A stretch of DNA of 63,747 nucleotides, filler included. It is 11 parts of 11 records of this genome, joined end to end, with 100 filler letters (N's around TTAATTAATTAA, not from the genome) between each part and the next. Parts side by side here need not be neighbours in the genome. Positions count along the whole stretch, not along the records: positions 8,421 to 15,104 come from SRR7504441_4683; positions 15,205 to 26,905 come from SRR7504441_4693; 9 more parts are not named here. One strand, given 5' to 3'. This document shows positions 12,642 to 23,949 of this stretch, one piece after another. Within the stretch, counting starts at the first letter, position 1; each line of letters begins with the position of its first letter. The notes beneath the pieces were generated by a model. The model did no database searches. It was not told the origin of the DNA and was given only the letters and a program-made list of their open reading frames with translations. The translations under genes were made by a program, and so were the position numbers.

Positions 12642-13585
12642 ATGAGTAGCGAGGAGCAGCCCCGGCCGGCCAAGCGGGCCAAGGTCGAGCTCGGCGAGCA
12701 GCCGATCTCTGTGGACTCGGAGCGCTTCGGCTACCTGCAGCCCTTCCTCCAGCCCAACGACGGTGCGGCTGCTCCCGCAGGCCGACCACCAGCTGCCCGG
12801 GCAGAGTTGGAGCCAGTGCAGTCCAACGTGGTCAAATTCATGCAAAAGATCATGGCCGCAATCCCCAAAGGTGTCGGCCTAAAGGGCGCCGTCGAGGCTG
12901 CGCGCAGGAGACAGGCCCGCCGCGGACCCGGCTGTGCTAGCCAGGGCAATCGAGGGCGGTGCGTCCGGGCCCGGGTCTGTGGCAGTGGCGGGCAGCGATG
13001 GCCAAGCTGTGCAGCCCTCCCGGGAGCAAGCCATATAAGGATAAATTCCGGACGCTGGGGTGCTCCCACCCGGTCGGAGCGCGCGAGCTGGGGACAGCTT
13101 CAACTTGAAAAAGAACCAGCCGTTGTGTGAGCAACTGCTGTGCGGGGACGTGACCGCCGAGCAAGTGTGTGCCATGAGCGTCAAGGTGATGGCCGGCTGG
13201 CCGCTGCTGTGAGCCGGTCTCAGGAACTGGCGTCCGACGCGAGCAAGGCCAGGCTTAAGGAGCTGCACGACGAAGCGCTCAAGAACGCGTCGGTACCAAA
13301 GATCCCGGTGCCCCAACCCGCGCATGTAGCCACTGACAGCTGCGCTGCAGAAAGATACCAGTGACCAGTGGCGATGCGGCAAATGCGGCAAGGTGCGAGC
13401 CCTAGGCGGCGCACGGGCGAGCCAGCCGGCAGCGAGAGTGCACATACTACCAGCTGCAGACCCGAAGTGCGGACGAGCCTATGACCACCTTTATTACTTG
13501 TCAGAACTGTGGGAACAACTGGTGACCACCTTTATTACTTGTCCTCACTTAGTCCTCACTTTGGGGCTGTCGCAGGAAAGAGTAG
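12642..13585 (+). CDS. TFIIS: Transcription elongation factor TFIIS (domains II-III), 8 introns
   Basis: Spliced product contains [23 protein letters not shown] and the zinc ribbon [38 protein letters not shown] with the invariant DE acidic hairpin. Confidence 0.92.
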
Positions 13586-13746
13586 TGCTCACAGCACCAA
13601 TTGTATCATCGATGTGCGTTGCTTGTCACTTGGTAGCACAGAGCGAGCAAGGGGGAGAGCGTTTTATTCAACGCAATAAAATTTATTGTTCCAACAGAAT
13701 CTAACCCAATGAATATTGAATAATGGTTGTGCTCACCCCGGTCTGA

Positions 13747-15006
13747 CTACCATACTACTTGTACGATTGAGATGGTGCCTATCAGAGCAAGCTGGGGGTA
13801 GTGCGTGTAGTGCTTCCCGGCCACCATCCTGTCGTTGCACTCGCCTCCAATTGCGAATATCTGATTGCCATGAATGTTCACCTGAGGCACATTGTCATTG
13901 ACAGGAAACCCTCCGCAATTTGGCGGCATCAGTGCGGGCTCCTCAGTGGAGATCCCCACCGCGATACCAAACAAATTGCGGACCGCGTCATAGACGAAGA
14001 CGTCATTGTCGTATTCGTGCGCCCACCCGCCCATGTAGGTATTGTCTGGAATAGAAGAGCTGGCAGCACAGTGTTGCCGGCATCCGGAGGAATTAACACC
14101 GACCGGGCACATGCGCTGGGACAGCCCGTATGTCTGGCCGCTGGACCCGTTTGGGTAGAACACGTGCTCAAACTGGTAGCCTCCTACAAGGATCAGGTAC
14201 CGATTCATGAAGATGGTGGCGCCGTTTGTCTGGAAATTGCTGCTGCTCGTGGGAAGGTCTGGCAGCCGCTTCCACTGGCCTGTCAGCGTGCTGTATGCCC
14301 AATTGTCCACCACCGACGAGCTGTTCGGCAGCGAGCCTCCCATCGCTATCAGTTGTTCGCCCACTGCACTGAACGCGTGACAGTACCGTGGGCTGCCAGG
14401 TAAGTCCTCGAGCCGGGTCCAACCCGCGGTCAGGTTGGCCGTATCCAACATCAGCAGCCGTTTACCGAGGCCGCGGATCGCCCCGTTCCGATCCGTGGCT
14501 ACATAGAAGGCTTTGCTGTCATAGTCGGCCCCGCCTGATACATAAAGCCGGCTGCCGATAGAAGCCAGTCCCATGCTGCACAGCGGGTACGGCAGCGGTG
14601 GCAGAGACGTCCATACCCACCGCCCTGGCTCGACCTGATCTAGCTTGAGCACGTCCGAGTAAGCATATGGAGCTGTATAACTGAATCCCCCGACAAAGTA
14701 GGCCGCCCTACCAATGATCGTGGCGGCCACCTCCTGCCGGCCTGAGACGGGAGCGGCCGGGAGGGAAGTCCAGCTCCCTGTCGTTAGATTGACCGTGAAT
14801 GACGAGTTGTGGAACACGCCGTCGCCGCTGTACCCGAATGCAGTCAGCGCGGCGTCTGGGGCGATGAATCCGCCGTCCGAGTCTTGAAAGCCGCCGTACG
14901 CGCCGCCTTGGCCCGGCACGTCTGGCAGCCGGCGCCAGTCGATGGTCAGCATGGTGGGCAGCCCCCAGGCCAGCGCGGGCAGCAGCGCGACGATTGCTCG
15001 GGTCAT
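13747..15006 (-). CDS. Secreted Kelch-repeat beta-propeller protein
   Basis: Signal peptide MTRAIVALLPALAWG. Kelch GG motifs (YFVGGF, YVSGGA, IAMGGS, ILVGGY, FAIGGE) with W-x-x-L-P strands. Intronless, 419 aa. Confidence 0.85.
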   Translation of the reverse strand: MTRAIVALLPALAWGLPTMLTIDWRRLPDVPGQGGAYGGFQDSDGGFIAPDAALTAFGYSGDGVFHNSSFTVNLTTGSWTSLPAAPVSGRQEVAATIIGRAAYFVGGFSYTAPYAYSDVLKLDQVEPGRWVWTSLPPLPYPLCSMGLASIGSRLYVSGGADYDSKAFYVATDRNGAIRGLGKRLLMLDTANLTAGWTRLEDLPGSPRYCHAFSAVGEQLIAMGGSLPNSSSVVDNWAYSTLTGQWKRLPDLPTSSSNFQTNGATIFMNRYLILVGGYQFEHVFYPNGSSGQTYGLSQRMCPVGVNSSGCRQHCAASSSIPDNTYMGGWAHEYDNDVFVYDAVRNLFGIAVGISTEEPALMPPNCGGFPVNDNVPQVNIHGNQIFAIGGECNDRMVAGKHYTHYPQLALIGTISIVQVVW

Positions 15007-15277
15007 GTGTCTAGTCTGCCTGTCACAAGTAGTCCTGTGCCGGGCCGCGGGCGATCTCGTTGTTGGTGTGCTTCCCCTAGAGAGTTAACGTTGAAGTCAT
15101 TTAGNNNNNNNNNNNNNNNNNNNNNNNNNNNNNNNNNNNNNNNNNNNNTTAATTAATTAANNNNNNNNNNNNNNNNNNNNNNNNNNNNNNNNNNNNNNNN
15201 NNNNGGGAACGGCCTGGCCCCGCCATGCAACGGATTTTTTAATAAAGCTGAGATGAACGCCCTAGTGTTATCGCAAC

Positions 15278-16572
15278 CTAATATTGGTAGATCAACCGCA
15301 AGACTTCATCGATTGCGAACTTGCTGTTGACGCTCAAAGCAGTATCGGTTGCATTGAAAAAGTGCAGAGGGCCATCACTCTCCGCCGAATCCAACCAACT
15401 GCACACCTCAAGAGCAGCCGGTTCGAGCCCCGCACTTGACAAGAGATCGACCATGAGCTGATCTTCTTGAATCAGTTGGCGCCACTCGCAGACACTCAGG
15501 CAGCCTAGCTCGTCAACATCCATCATCGCCGACTTCTGTAAACGAGCATCAGCGGCAGCCTGGCGTCGGCAGGGCACCTGGCGGAGCAGCATCTCAAGAC
15601 TGACGATAGCCACCAGCTGAGCCAGACTGATCTCACTGGACTGCCCCCAGTGACACTGTGCGCAGAGCTGTAATCCTCCCGCCGCCTGCTCCTCACAACA
15701 AACAGTGTCCACCAGTGCCTGCCTCACCGGTGAGCTACCACAGTTTCGGAGCGAGCCTGTGCTTGCGACTGGTCCAACAGCCCGTCGCCGTTGCTGTCAT
15801 ACGTACTGAACCGGCACTTCAGGGCCTGAACCACTTGCAACCGGTCCCTGTGCGAGCATTGCGACTGCGCCGATCCGCCCGGTCCGAGCACGAGCTGGCG
15901 TTCGAGGAACACAACGTACTTGACAAAGCTCGGGAAGTCTAGCAAGGCCTTTGAGTCCATAAAGCACTTGAACTCATACGCTGAGATGAATCCGTCCCGA
16001 TTCGCATCGTACTTTTTCCGCAATCGGCCTACCCATCTGCTCAGCTCCGGGCCCGGGCCAGTTCGCGCGGCACCGGTTGGGTCAATCAAACTGATCTCTT
16101 CCGCATCGATCTGGCCTGCCCCGGAGCTGAGCAACCAACAGCGACCGGGCGGACCGTTCCCATCGCGATCTAACTTCTTGATAATCCGGTTGACCCGTCG
16201 GAGGAAGCCGGCGCTGGCTGGCTTGTTGAGCACTCGAAGGAACTGCCCCACGCACTCGGGCGCCGGCCACAGCTCCGGCCGAGCCTGATCCACCCCCCGG
16301 CTGAGTCGCTTGCGCTCGTCCAGCCCTAGCTGCGCCAGCCTGATCACTCCCGCCCGCCAGCGTTTCACCGAGATCCCGGATAGGAAGTCAGCTTCGGCCG
16401 ACGCCTCGCGCTGTTCGCTCATCTCGCGCAGGTTCGCCCCAACCGCCACCCCAACCACAACGCAGGCGGCGTAGGTCAGCACACCCGTCGTGAACCGGCC
16501 ATCGGCGAAGAGCACCGCGGCAGAGACCACGCCCAGAAGCACAGTTGCTGAGAAGGCGAACTGCCTGCTCAT
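15278..16572 (-). CDS. Membrane-anchored multi-EF-hand protein
   Basis: Two N-terminal hydrophobic segments. EF loops DRDGNG|QIDAEE, DANRDGFISAYE, DSNGDGLLDQSQ, DVDELGCLSVCE. Several short introns; 3' end uncertain. Confidence 0.65.
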
Positions 16573-17114
16573 CGCCGCGCCCGCCGCAGCTCTGGCAGCA
16601 AGGCCGAACGCCGGGCTGCGTTCACTGGCGTGACGGTACTATTATACAAGTAACGGTATTACGGTATTTTGCTCCAACCAACTCTGGCAGTGAGACATGC
16701 AACCAACTATGCACTAATTCCGGTCCACCACAACCAACCACAGCCTGACTAGGTAAGCCCAGAGCAGTAAGTAATTAGTTAAACCGGATGGTGTTTAGCT
16801 CCGGGCAGCGGCAAATACTGAAGTCCGATCGCGAACCGCGCCGAGCTAGGGGGGGCGAGGTGTACGTCACTCTAGGGATCCCATATCATGCATGTTTTAC
16901 AATAGTCATCGACATGCATTGACCATCGACATCGGACATTCAAATTTCACGCATCATCATTAGAGTGGTCAGTGATAGTCAGAGCCTTCATGTGAGTTTC
17001 GATTGTCAGCAAAGCTACCTTGGAGCTCCATCAGTGAAGGAGAGGAATCACAAGTCACGTATTCACTGATCATTTGAATGAGTGAATCGTTGAGATCACA
17101 CCGTCTGCATTGCA

Positions 17115-19761
17115 TCACCAGTTGATTCCAAGGGCAGCCACTGGCACGATAGCCGCCTTGCCCCTAGGTAGGGAGAGGGGCATCCCCAGCTGCAAAGGTC
17201 TGTGCTTGCCGTCCGGACCCAGCAAGGTCAGTGGCTCTGCGCCATCATGGTCCACACCTGTCAGCTCATAGAGCACTGCGGCGTCGGTCACCTCCTGCCG
17301 CAGCACGGATCCACGGTAATGGAAGTTCACCAAGCTGATGCTGCTAGCGGTGCCTCCAGTGGCAGAGGGAGGTGGAGGGTTGAAGGTCAAGCGATCCGAA
17401 TGCAATCGCATCCCTGAAGTGCCAAACACCACAGATTGCAGGAAGCCACCCGCACCAGTCAAAAAGGGTGTGCATCCTCCACTGAGTGTCTCGGACCACA
17501 CCATGAAGGGCGGGTGCACATTCGGGTCGAAGCCGCGCCTGAACTCAATGTTAAAACGGCAATTTTAATTATTTTTGCCTGAAGCGCGATTGGGCATGGG
17601 TGTAGTTGCCCGTATCGAACCAGCCGATGGCAAACACCGCCCATGTCATTGCGGGGCCGTTCACGTCCGTCTGTGGCTCGTACCAGGTGAGATCGTTGGA
17701 GAGGGTCTGTGACGACATCTGCACTCCAAAAGGGTAGCTCAACATCACAGTGTCAGCCTGCTTCACTTTCGCGCCCTTGGCACCGTTCGGATAGCCTGCA
17801 TACTCGGGGTGGTACTCACCAACCAACCCAGAGCCGGATGGTACCGCAGCGGTCGCTGCACGCAGCCCGCTCGCCTTCAAAGCCCATTCAGCTGGCACAC
17901 TGGCACCAACCAAGGGCGCAAACTCCACAGCCGCTGCGAGAGCGAGGGAGGCGACAGTGTTGGTGTACGCGCTGTTGTTCACTGGGTAAGCGTACTCGTC
18001 TGGCCCCATCACCTCATTGAAGACATAAGTGTCGCCACCACCAACATCACCACTGCTGCTGCTAATGCTGCTGTCACGGCCAACGCTATTGCTGCTGGGT
18101 TGCAGCCTCGCAGCATAGAAGCTGGCGATGCCTCGAATCAAAGGAAAGCCGACTTGCTTCAGCCACTGCAGGTCCTGCGTGGCATAGAAATACTGTCGTG
18201 CTGCAAAGCTGATATCGCCGCTGATGTGCTGCTCATACTCGCCCCATGGCCCGATCTTGCCACCGCTGAACTGAACCTCTTGACCAGTGAACGCAGATTC
18301 CCACGGGAACATCATCATGTCATGCTCCGCCTTGAAAGTGCTCGGGCACCACGCATGGTTCGGCTTGCCACACTGCGACGCCTTCTGCGTTGCCATGCCG
18401 CGCCGATTCCAGCGATACGCCAGGGCGGAGACGGCGGAGGGAGGGTCTAGCATGAGCAGAGGAGGCCACATCCACGTCTCCACATCCCAGAAGGAATGAC
18501 CATTGTAGCCATTGGTTGTGAGGCCGCCCGGTGAGAGGCCGTAAGGCCAGTCGTCACGGATGGAGGCGCGGATCACATATAGTGATGCGTTCACCGCCTG
18601 TGCCAGGCGAAGATCGCCTTCCACGCGAATGGAGCCTCTTGACCACCTATTGTGCCAGGCTGCCTCGTGCTCTGGCAGCAGCTGACGTGGATCATGCAGC
18701 GCCTCACTTAGGAATCGCTGCGCGTCCACGCTTGGCTGGCTGGAGTTGAGGCTGCTGACGATTGCGGTCACGTAGTAGAGCGTGTGCACGCCAGGCCCGA
18801 ATTGCATGGGTGTGGCAGTGCAGTTAGTGTTGGAGTGGGGACATGGGGAGTTGGAACGGATGCTGATGGTGGTGTGGTTGCCACCTGTGGGAGTTAGAGC
18901 GTCCTCAGGCACACGATTCTGTCCAGTGAGGCACAGCTCCCCTGGGCCAGCAGAGCATAACGACAGCGCCAAGTCCGAGGTGCTGCCCGCCACATTGAAG
19001 TCCAAAAGGAGACTAGCCCCTTGCTGTCCCGTGTTCTGCACCTCTATCTCATGCACTAGCAAGGATGCGCGAGTAGCATGAGCGTACCATCTCTGCTCCA
19101 CTGACACATGAGCAGAGTGCGTGGTCCTCACGATGAACACCGCGCGAGCAATGTCCATGGCCTGTCCTGTGCTCTCAGCCGTGCCGGCTGTGGCCCTCGC
19201 GTCACTCGATGGTGCGCCCAGCGTCACAGTGGGACGTGGGATGTCGGCTCTGTGTGATGCCGGCCCAAACTGGCCGACAGCATCACCGTTGAACAAGCCA
19301 GCAGCATGCACCGTGCTGCTCTGAGCTACGTAGCCCACGTAGCCATTAGCGAGATCGGGCATCAACGCAGACAATCCGAGCGGTGCCGGGAACAAGGACG
19401 CTTCCAGGCAGGGCTCGAGCCAGTCCGAGGGCATGGGCTCGGTGCAGTTGCTCGGGAGCTGGTGATGGCAACGATCCTCCCCTGGCCTGACTACGACACC
19501 CTCCTCGCCCTTGTCACGCACCTGTGCCTCGATGCGGCACTTGAAGTTGCAAGCGCCGTCGTGGATCGGCGAGCTGGGCCCATTCCAACTCACGGCAACA
19601 CACTGATATCGCTCGCTGCACTGCTTGGCGCAGTCCAGCGCGGACGAACCGCTGCCTCCCGGGAGATTGCTGTCGCCCCGATTGTTGGAAAAGTCGGTGT
19701 CGGGCAGCACGTCGTAGGCGTGAGCGACAGCGAAGGCAACGAGTGCATTTAGCCAGATCAT
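17115..19761 (-). CDS. Secreted glycoside hydrolase family 65 (acid trehalase-like/PGGHG-like) with N-terminal PAN/apple-like domain
   Basis: Signal MIWLNALVAFAVAHA; Cys pattern DCAKQCSERYQCVAVSWN..CNFKC. GH65 motifs GLSPGGL..YNGHSFWDVETW, FPWESA, EQHISGDI, VMGPDEY, KQADTVML, FLTGAGGFLQ. One intron, 17539-17578. Confidence 0.9.
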
Positions 19762-19821
19762 CGACACACCGAGGGCCGGGGGCCAAAGTAACGGTATTAT
19801 TTTGCTCCTCTGCAGCTGGAC

Positions 19822-20406
19822 ATGTGCGACCAGCCGCCCAAGAAGCGGGCCAAACACCCGACTCCGCCGGTCTGGCTGGTGCTCGGGCATCATTGTGCGC
19901 CTGGTCGGGTAGCCACGCGTGCGCTCCGATCGGCCGGCCGGCACGTGATCGGGCTGGACCGGCCAGAGGAGCTTGGGGAGGCGCTGGCCGCCCACCCCGC
20001 CGCCCAGGGGCTGATCACCACCTTCCCCGGCGAGCAGCTGGTGCCGGCCGGCCTGAAGCTGATCCAACTCGTCACCAGGCCGGGAAGCGAGCCGCGGCCT
20101 GGAGCGACGGTGCTTGTGATGGGAACAGAGCTGCTGCTGCCCGGGGCCCCCGGCACAGGACTGCAGGCGGAACAGTTCTACGTCAGTCGGGGCGAAATCA
20201 GCTTTGAGATGGCAGATGCCGAGCAGCCAGAAGTACTTGCGTACAAGACGCTGCGTGGCTCGATGCCCGAGGTGCTGCATGTACCACCGGGAAATATACA
20301 CACCTTATGGAACCCATCGGCAACACAGGATGCCGTGGTGGTGATCGCAACGACCCAGCGGTACATACCAAATAGCGCCCCAGATACTTACTATGTCAAG
20401 AAATAA
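19822..20406 (+). CDS. Cupin-domain protein resembling the C-terminal cupin of CapF/WbjC (WxcM-like)
   Basis: EQFYVSRGEISF..VLHVPPGNIHTLWN..PDTYYV matches from memory the CapF/WbjC cupin tail. N-terminal VLG..GRVATRALRSAGRHVIGLDR resembles a Rossmann first strand and helix. Confidence 0.6.
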   Translation: MCDQPPKKRAKHPTPPVWLVLGHHCAPGRVATRALRSAGRHVIGLDRPEELGEALAAHPAAQGLITTFPGEQLVPAGLKLIQLVTRPGSEPRPGATVLVMGTELLLPGAPGTGLQAEQFYVSRGEISFEMADAEQPEVLAYKTLRGSMPEVLHVPPGNIHTLWNPSATQDAVVVIATTQRYIPNSAPDTYYVKK

Positions 20407-20753
20407 CTCGGACCATACCATTGTACTTACTATCCATGGTAACCTGTGGTGACGTCGACCTGACGACCAGTGACCTTGTAATGGTGGCCCTAATTACTTA
20501 AAAAGCTTAGAAACATTGTTTCCCGGCACATTGTTTCAGCACACTGTAAGCACATTGTTAGATGCCATGTTCAAGATTTCAATCGCGATACGATTCAGAG
20601 CCTTTTAATAAAGGGCATGCATACGTATATAATTATTATCATCTGCATACTAACTTCAAAAACTGAGTTGCGTTTTGTGTAATCTCAAATGAATAGTGTT
20701 GCGTTTCACGTGCACGAATGGTTGGCGGTGGGAGGCTATCTATGCTCCCGCAA

Positions 20754-22127
20754 CTATTCAGCCCAGTAGTGCAACTCGAGGTCTTTGTTCGGGTTCTGCC
20801 AGACCTGGGACATCAGCGTTCCGACCTGGCCAGCCGATCAGCAAATCCCGCTCGTTTGTTGACTCTTGATATATTCTCTAGACACACCGTCGCATCATCT
20901 GAGCAGGGTATTTGGCGGCAAGTCATCACGATCTCTGGCGGGTTTGTTTTGCAAGATTTGGCCAGCAGATACTTTTTGAGCTGTGACACCGAGATCATCG
21001 AGTTGGTCCTGCCAAAACACAAACTCAACTTTAACCCACAGCCATGGCCTAGGGTGTACCGCAAGAAGGGCTTCGTCAACCCTTGCAATTTGGCGTCTGC
21101 ACGATCCTTGGCCGCATCATGTATCAGCGAGAAGTTGATGTCAGAGTCAGCCTCCGGCACCGGAATGGGTGGCTCCTTGGGAGCAGCTTGCGGCTCCTCG
21201 TAGTCTTCATCACTCTCTTCTTCGCCCCCCTGTGCCCATTGGTGAGTCTGTATCTGAAACAGCTCTGGATGGGGCGCCGACCTCCGGCTCTGAAGGCTCC
21301 TCCGGCTCTGGATCTGCAAGCTCCTGCAGCCCCGCTGAGCTTCTGGCCCACTCAGCTCTGGCTGCCTGTGACTCGTCTGGCAGCTCGAATGCCTGTGCCG
21401 CCTGGTCAGAGGCAGCCCAGCCGCGGCACACACACCGCTGGGTCAGACTCCACCGGCTCAGCAGCGTCCGATGGGACAGTTGGCACGGCTGCAGCAACTG
21501 GCCTCGAGCGCTTTGATGGCGGGTCGGCCACTGCCCAACCAGATCAAGCTCTGCTTGCAGCCTGCGGGCACTTTCAGCAGTCCTGGAGCTCCGTGGGACT
21601 TTGGCCTTCGACGATTCTGCAGCCGGATTTGAGAGCACAAGTGTGGCGGGGGGAACCGTCGTGCGGGTCCATCCCCCCGGCCGGAGTCCAGTCGTTGGCG
21701 AGCATCTTGTTGATGATGCTCTGTATCATCCGGTCGTGCCTAACCAGATGGGTCAGCCGCAAGCAGGCGAGGATGGCCGACCGGATCATCTCCTTGGGGT
21801 ACGGTGAGAGATCGTGCCCACACACCGGGCAGTCCTTCTTAGACTCCTCAAAGTAGCGCAGGATGCACTTGTGGCAGTCTGGCCCCGCAGCTCAAGGGCC
21901 AAGGGCCCGGCGATGGTGCCACATGTGTGCAGGCATTCGGTGATGGTGGTGGCGTTCCGGAAGTAGCCCATGCACAGGCTGCACGTCACGAACGGGTTGA
22001 GTATCCGAGGCATGAATGTGACCTGCCCGTCGCCCTCGCCTGAGCTCGCCTCCTCGGCGTTCACCGTGTTTGTCTTGGTGTCGATCTCTGACTGGTTGCA
22101 CTTTTGCACCACACCGCGATCCGCCAT
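20754..22127 (-). CDS. Polycomb group RING finger protein (PCGF/BMI1/DRIP-like; RING + RAWUL)
   Basis: Spliced RING [49 protein letters not shown]. C-terminal RAWUL-like KPFLR..ISVSQLKKYLLAK..LELHYWAE*. Confidence 0.85.
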
Positions 22128-22218
22128 CCTCTCACTCGGTCATCTCCTCCCTGTCGCTCACCGCGCCAAGCTGATGATCCGTTGGAGCTCAACAAGCGAT
22201 CAACTGCAGGGCCGCGTG

Positions 22219-23802
22219 ATGGAGCTCAAAGTGCAGTACGCGGACGAATTGACCAGCAGGCCGCCTTACTACGAGGAGGTGCGGCGACTGCGCTCGATCC
22301 TGCCCTCGCCCAGCCTGCGGGCCGCCATGGTCAAATTCCTGACCGAGTCGCCCCGCTGGAAGCGCCCGCTGCACTTGGCGGCGGCCGACCTCGACGGGGA
22401 CGGGACGCCGGACTTTGTGGGAGTGGACTGGGACGGCGACGGGGTACCGGACGTACTGCAGGACTTTGAGGAGTGGCCACTCTCGGGCGGTCCGCACCCG
22501 GGGCACCAGGGTTACTCCAGCCAGTGGCAGCAGCAACGGCACTGGCGCGAATGGGAGAACTGGGCCTGGTCGGGACACTACCACCCGCGCCACCTGGCCG
22601 ACCAGCAGCCCATGTTTCGTCTGACGGCGGGTTTCAACCAGACGGTCAAGGAACTCAAGAAGCAGATCAGCCAGCGGGAGGGCCAACCTGTGGAGGTGAT
22701 TGGGCTCTCGCTGGGCGGGAGCCTGCCGCTGGAGGACCACATGGAGCTGCATGAATACAACCTGCGGCACAACGACACCGTCACCCTGCACGTGCACCCC
22801 GATCGGCCCAACCACCCTGTCAACACGCTCGTGAGGCTGATGAGCAGCATCGAGAGGCAAGAGCGGCGAGTGGAGTTGATGGAAGCCGAGCTGACGGCGC
22901 TGGCCCACGATAACGAGCAGCTCCGCCAAGCGCTGCCCACCACGGCTCGGGCCGGGCTCACCAATCGACCACTGCAGGCCATCACGACGGGACTGCCTGC
23001 AATGTTCATTGAAGCAAAGCGCACTCCGGCTAAGCTGGCCACTAACCGGTACGTGCGGCGGAGCGCTGCACTCAGCCTGGCCGAGCCTGCGGGCCCGCTC
23101 TGGTGGAGGAACAAGGCGACCCGGACGGATGAGTTCTCGCCGCGGTCGGTGATTGGCGCGCTGCAGAAGCTGAGCCAGACTGTGGAAGCAGCCTGGGGGC
23201 AGATCGATGCGTTGGACAAGGAGAACAGACTGCTCCGTGGCGGAATCGATCCAGTGCAGCCCGAGCTTTCGTTGATGCACCAGGCACTTAATGCGCAGAT
23301 GGACCAGCTAGACCGCAAATGGGCCGGGGTGAACCTGGCAGACCAAATAGTCTCACCTACCAGGTTTGACGAGAAAGCTGTCGGGCTGGCTGGTAGTGGG
23401 CATAGCATGTGGCTCGAGAAGCCGAAGTGCCTGGCATTAGAGCTCACACGCAGGGAGAAGCTGGGAAGGGTGTTTGACAAGGTGGATGCGAGCGGGCGCG
23501 GGTTGATGGATGCGGATGATCTGAAAATGATGGCGGAGATTCGGCGGCAGCTGGGTCACAAGACGGGCAGCTGGTCAGCTAAAAAGAACACGCACTTGCT
23601 CACTAAAATTGACAAGGATAGGGACGGGCAGATTGGGCGTCGCGAATTCCTCGATTATTATGATGAGACGCTGCCCGAGAGAATGGAAGAGTTTGATATG
23701 ATCATTGGGCAGTTCACCACAGCAGCGCAGGTTCTGCTTGATCAGCGGGAGCAAATACAAGACTTTGTTGCGCTGAATCGGGCACGCTCCAACACGATTT
23801 GA
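22219..23802 (+). CDS. Multidomain protein: ubiquitin-like domain + coiled coil + C-terminal EF-hand pair
   Basis: UBL TVKELKKQISQREGQP..LEDHMELHEYNLRHNDTVTLHV; DLDGDGTPD/DWDGDGVPD motifs; EF loops DASGRGLMDADD and DKDRDGQIGRRE. Intronless ORF. Confidence 0.75.
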   Translation: MELKVQYADELTSRPPYYEEVRRLRSILPSPSLRAAMVKFLTESPRWKRPLHLAAADLDGDGTPDFVGVDWDGDGVPDVLQDFEEWPLSGGPHPGHQGYSSQWQQQRHWREWENWAWSGHYHPRHLADQQPMFRLTAGFNQTVKELKKQISQREGQPVEVIGLSLGGSLPLEDHMELHEYNLRHNDTVTLHVHPDRPNHPVNTLVRLMSSIERQERRVELMEAELTALAHDNEQLRQALPTTARAGLTNRPLQAITTGLPAMFIEAKRTPAKLATNRYVRRSAALSLAEPAGPLWWRNKATRTDEFSPRSVIGALQKLSQTVEAAWGQIDALDKENRLLRGGIDPVQPELSLMHQALNAQMDQLDRKWAGVNLADQIVSPTRFDEKAVGLAGSGHSMWLEKPKCLALELTRREKLGRVFDKVDASGRGLMDADDLKMMAEIRRQLGHKTGSWSAKKNTHLLTKIDKDRDGQIGRREFLDYYDETLPERMEEFDMIIGQFTTAAQVLLDQREQIQDFVALNRARSNTI

Positions 23803-23949
23803 CGGCTCATAGTTATGACGGTGATAGATGTGAAGGCACCTCCGACACACGAACACAATCACATAATTATTGTGCAATTGTGCAACAATTATTACCTTGT
23901 GCGCGCACGTGGTCGATCAATTAAATTACTTGCCGCAAATTTAAGCAGA

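Noticed and set aside
19762-20301. N-terminal extension of the 910-aa GH65 ORF
   Set aside because: Overlaps the cupin gene in antisense. The signal peptide begins at ATG 19761.
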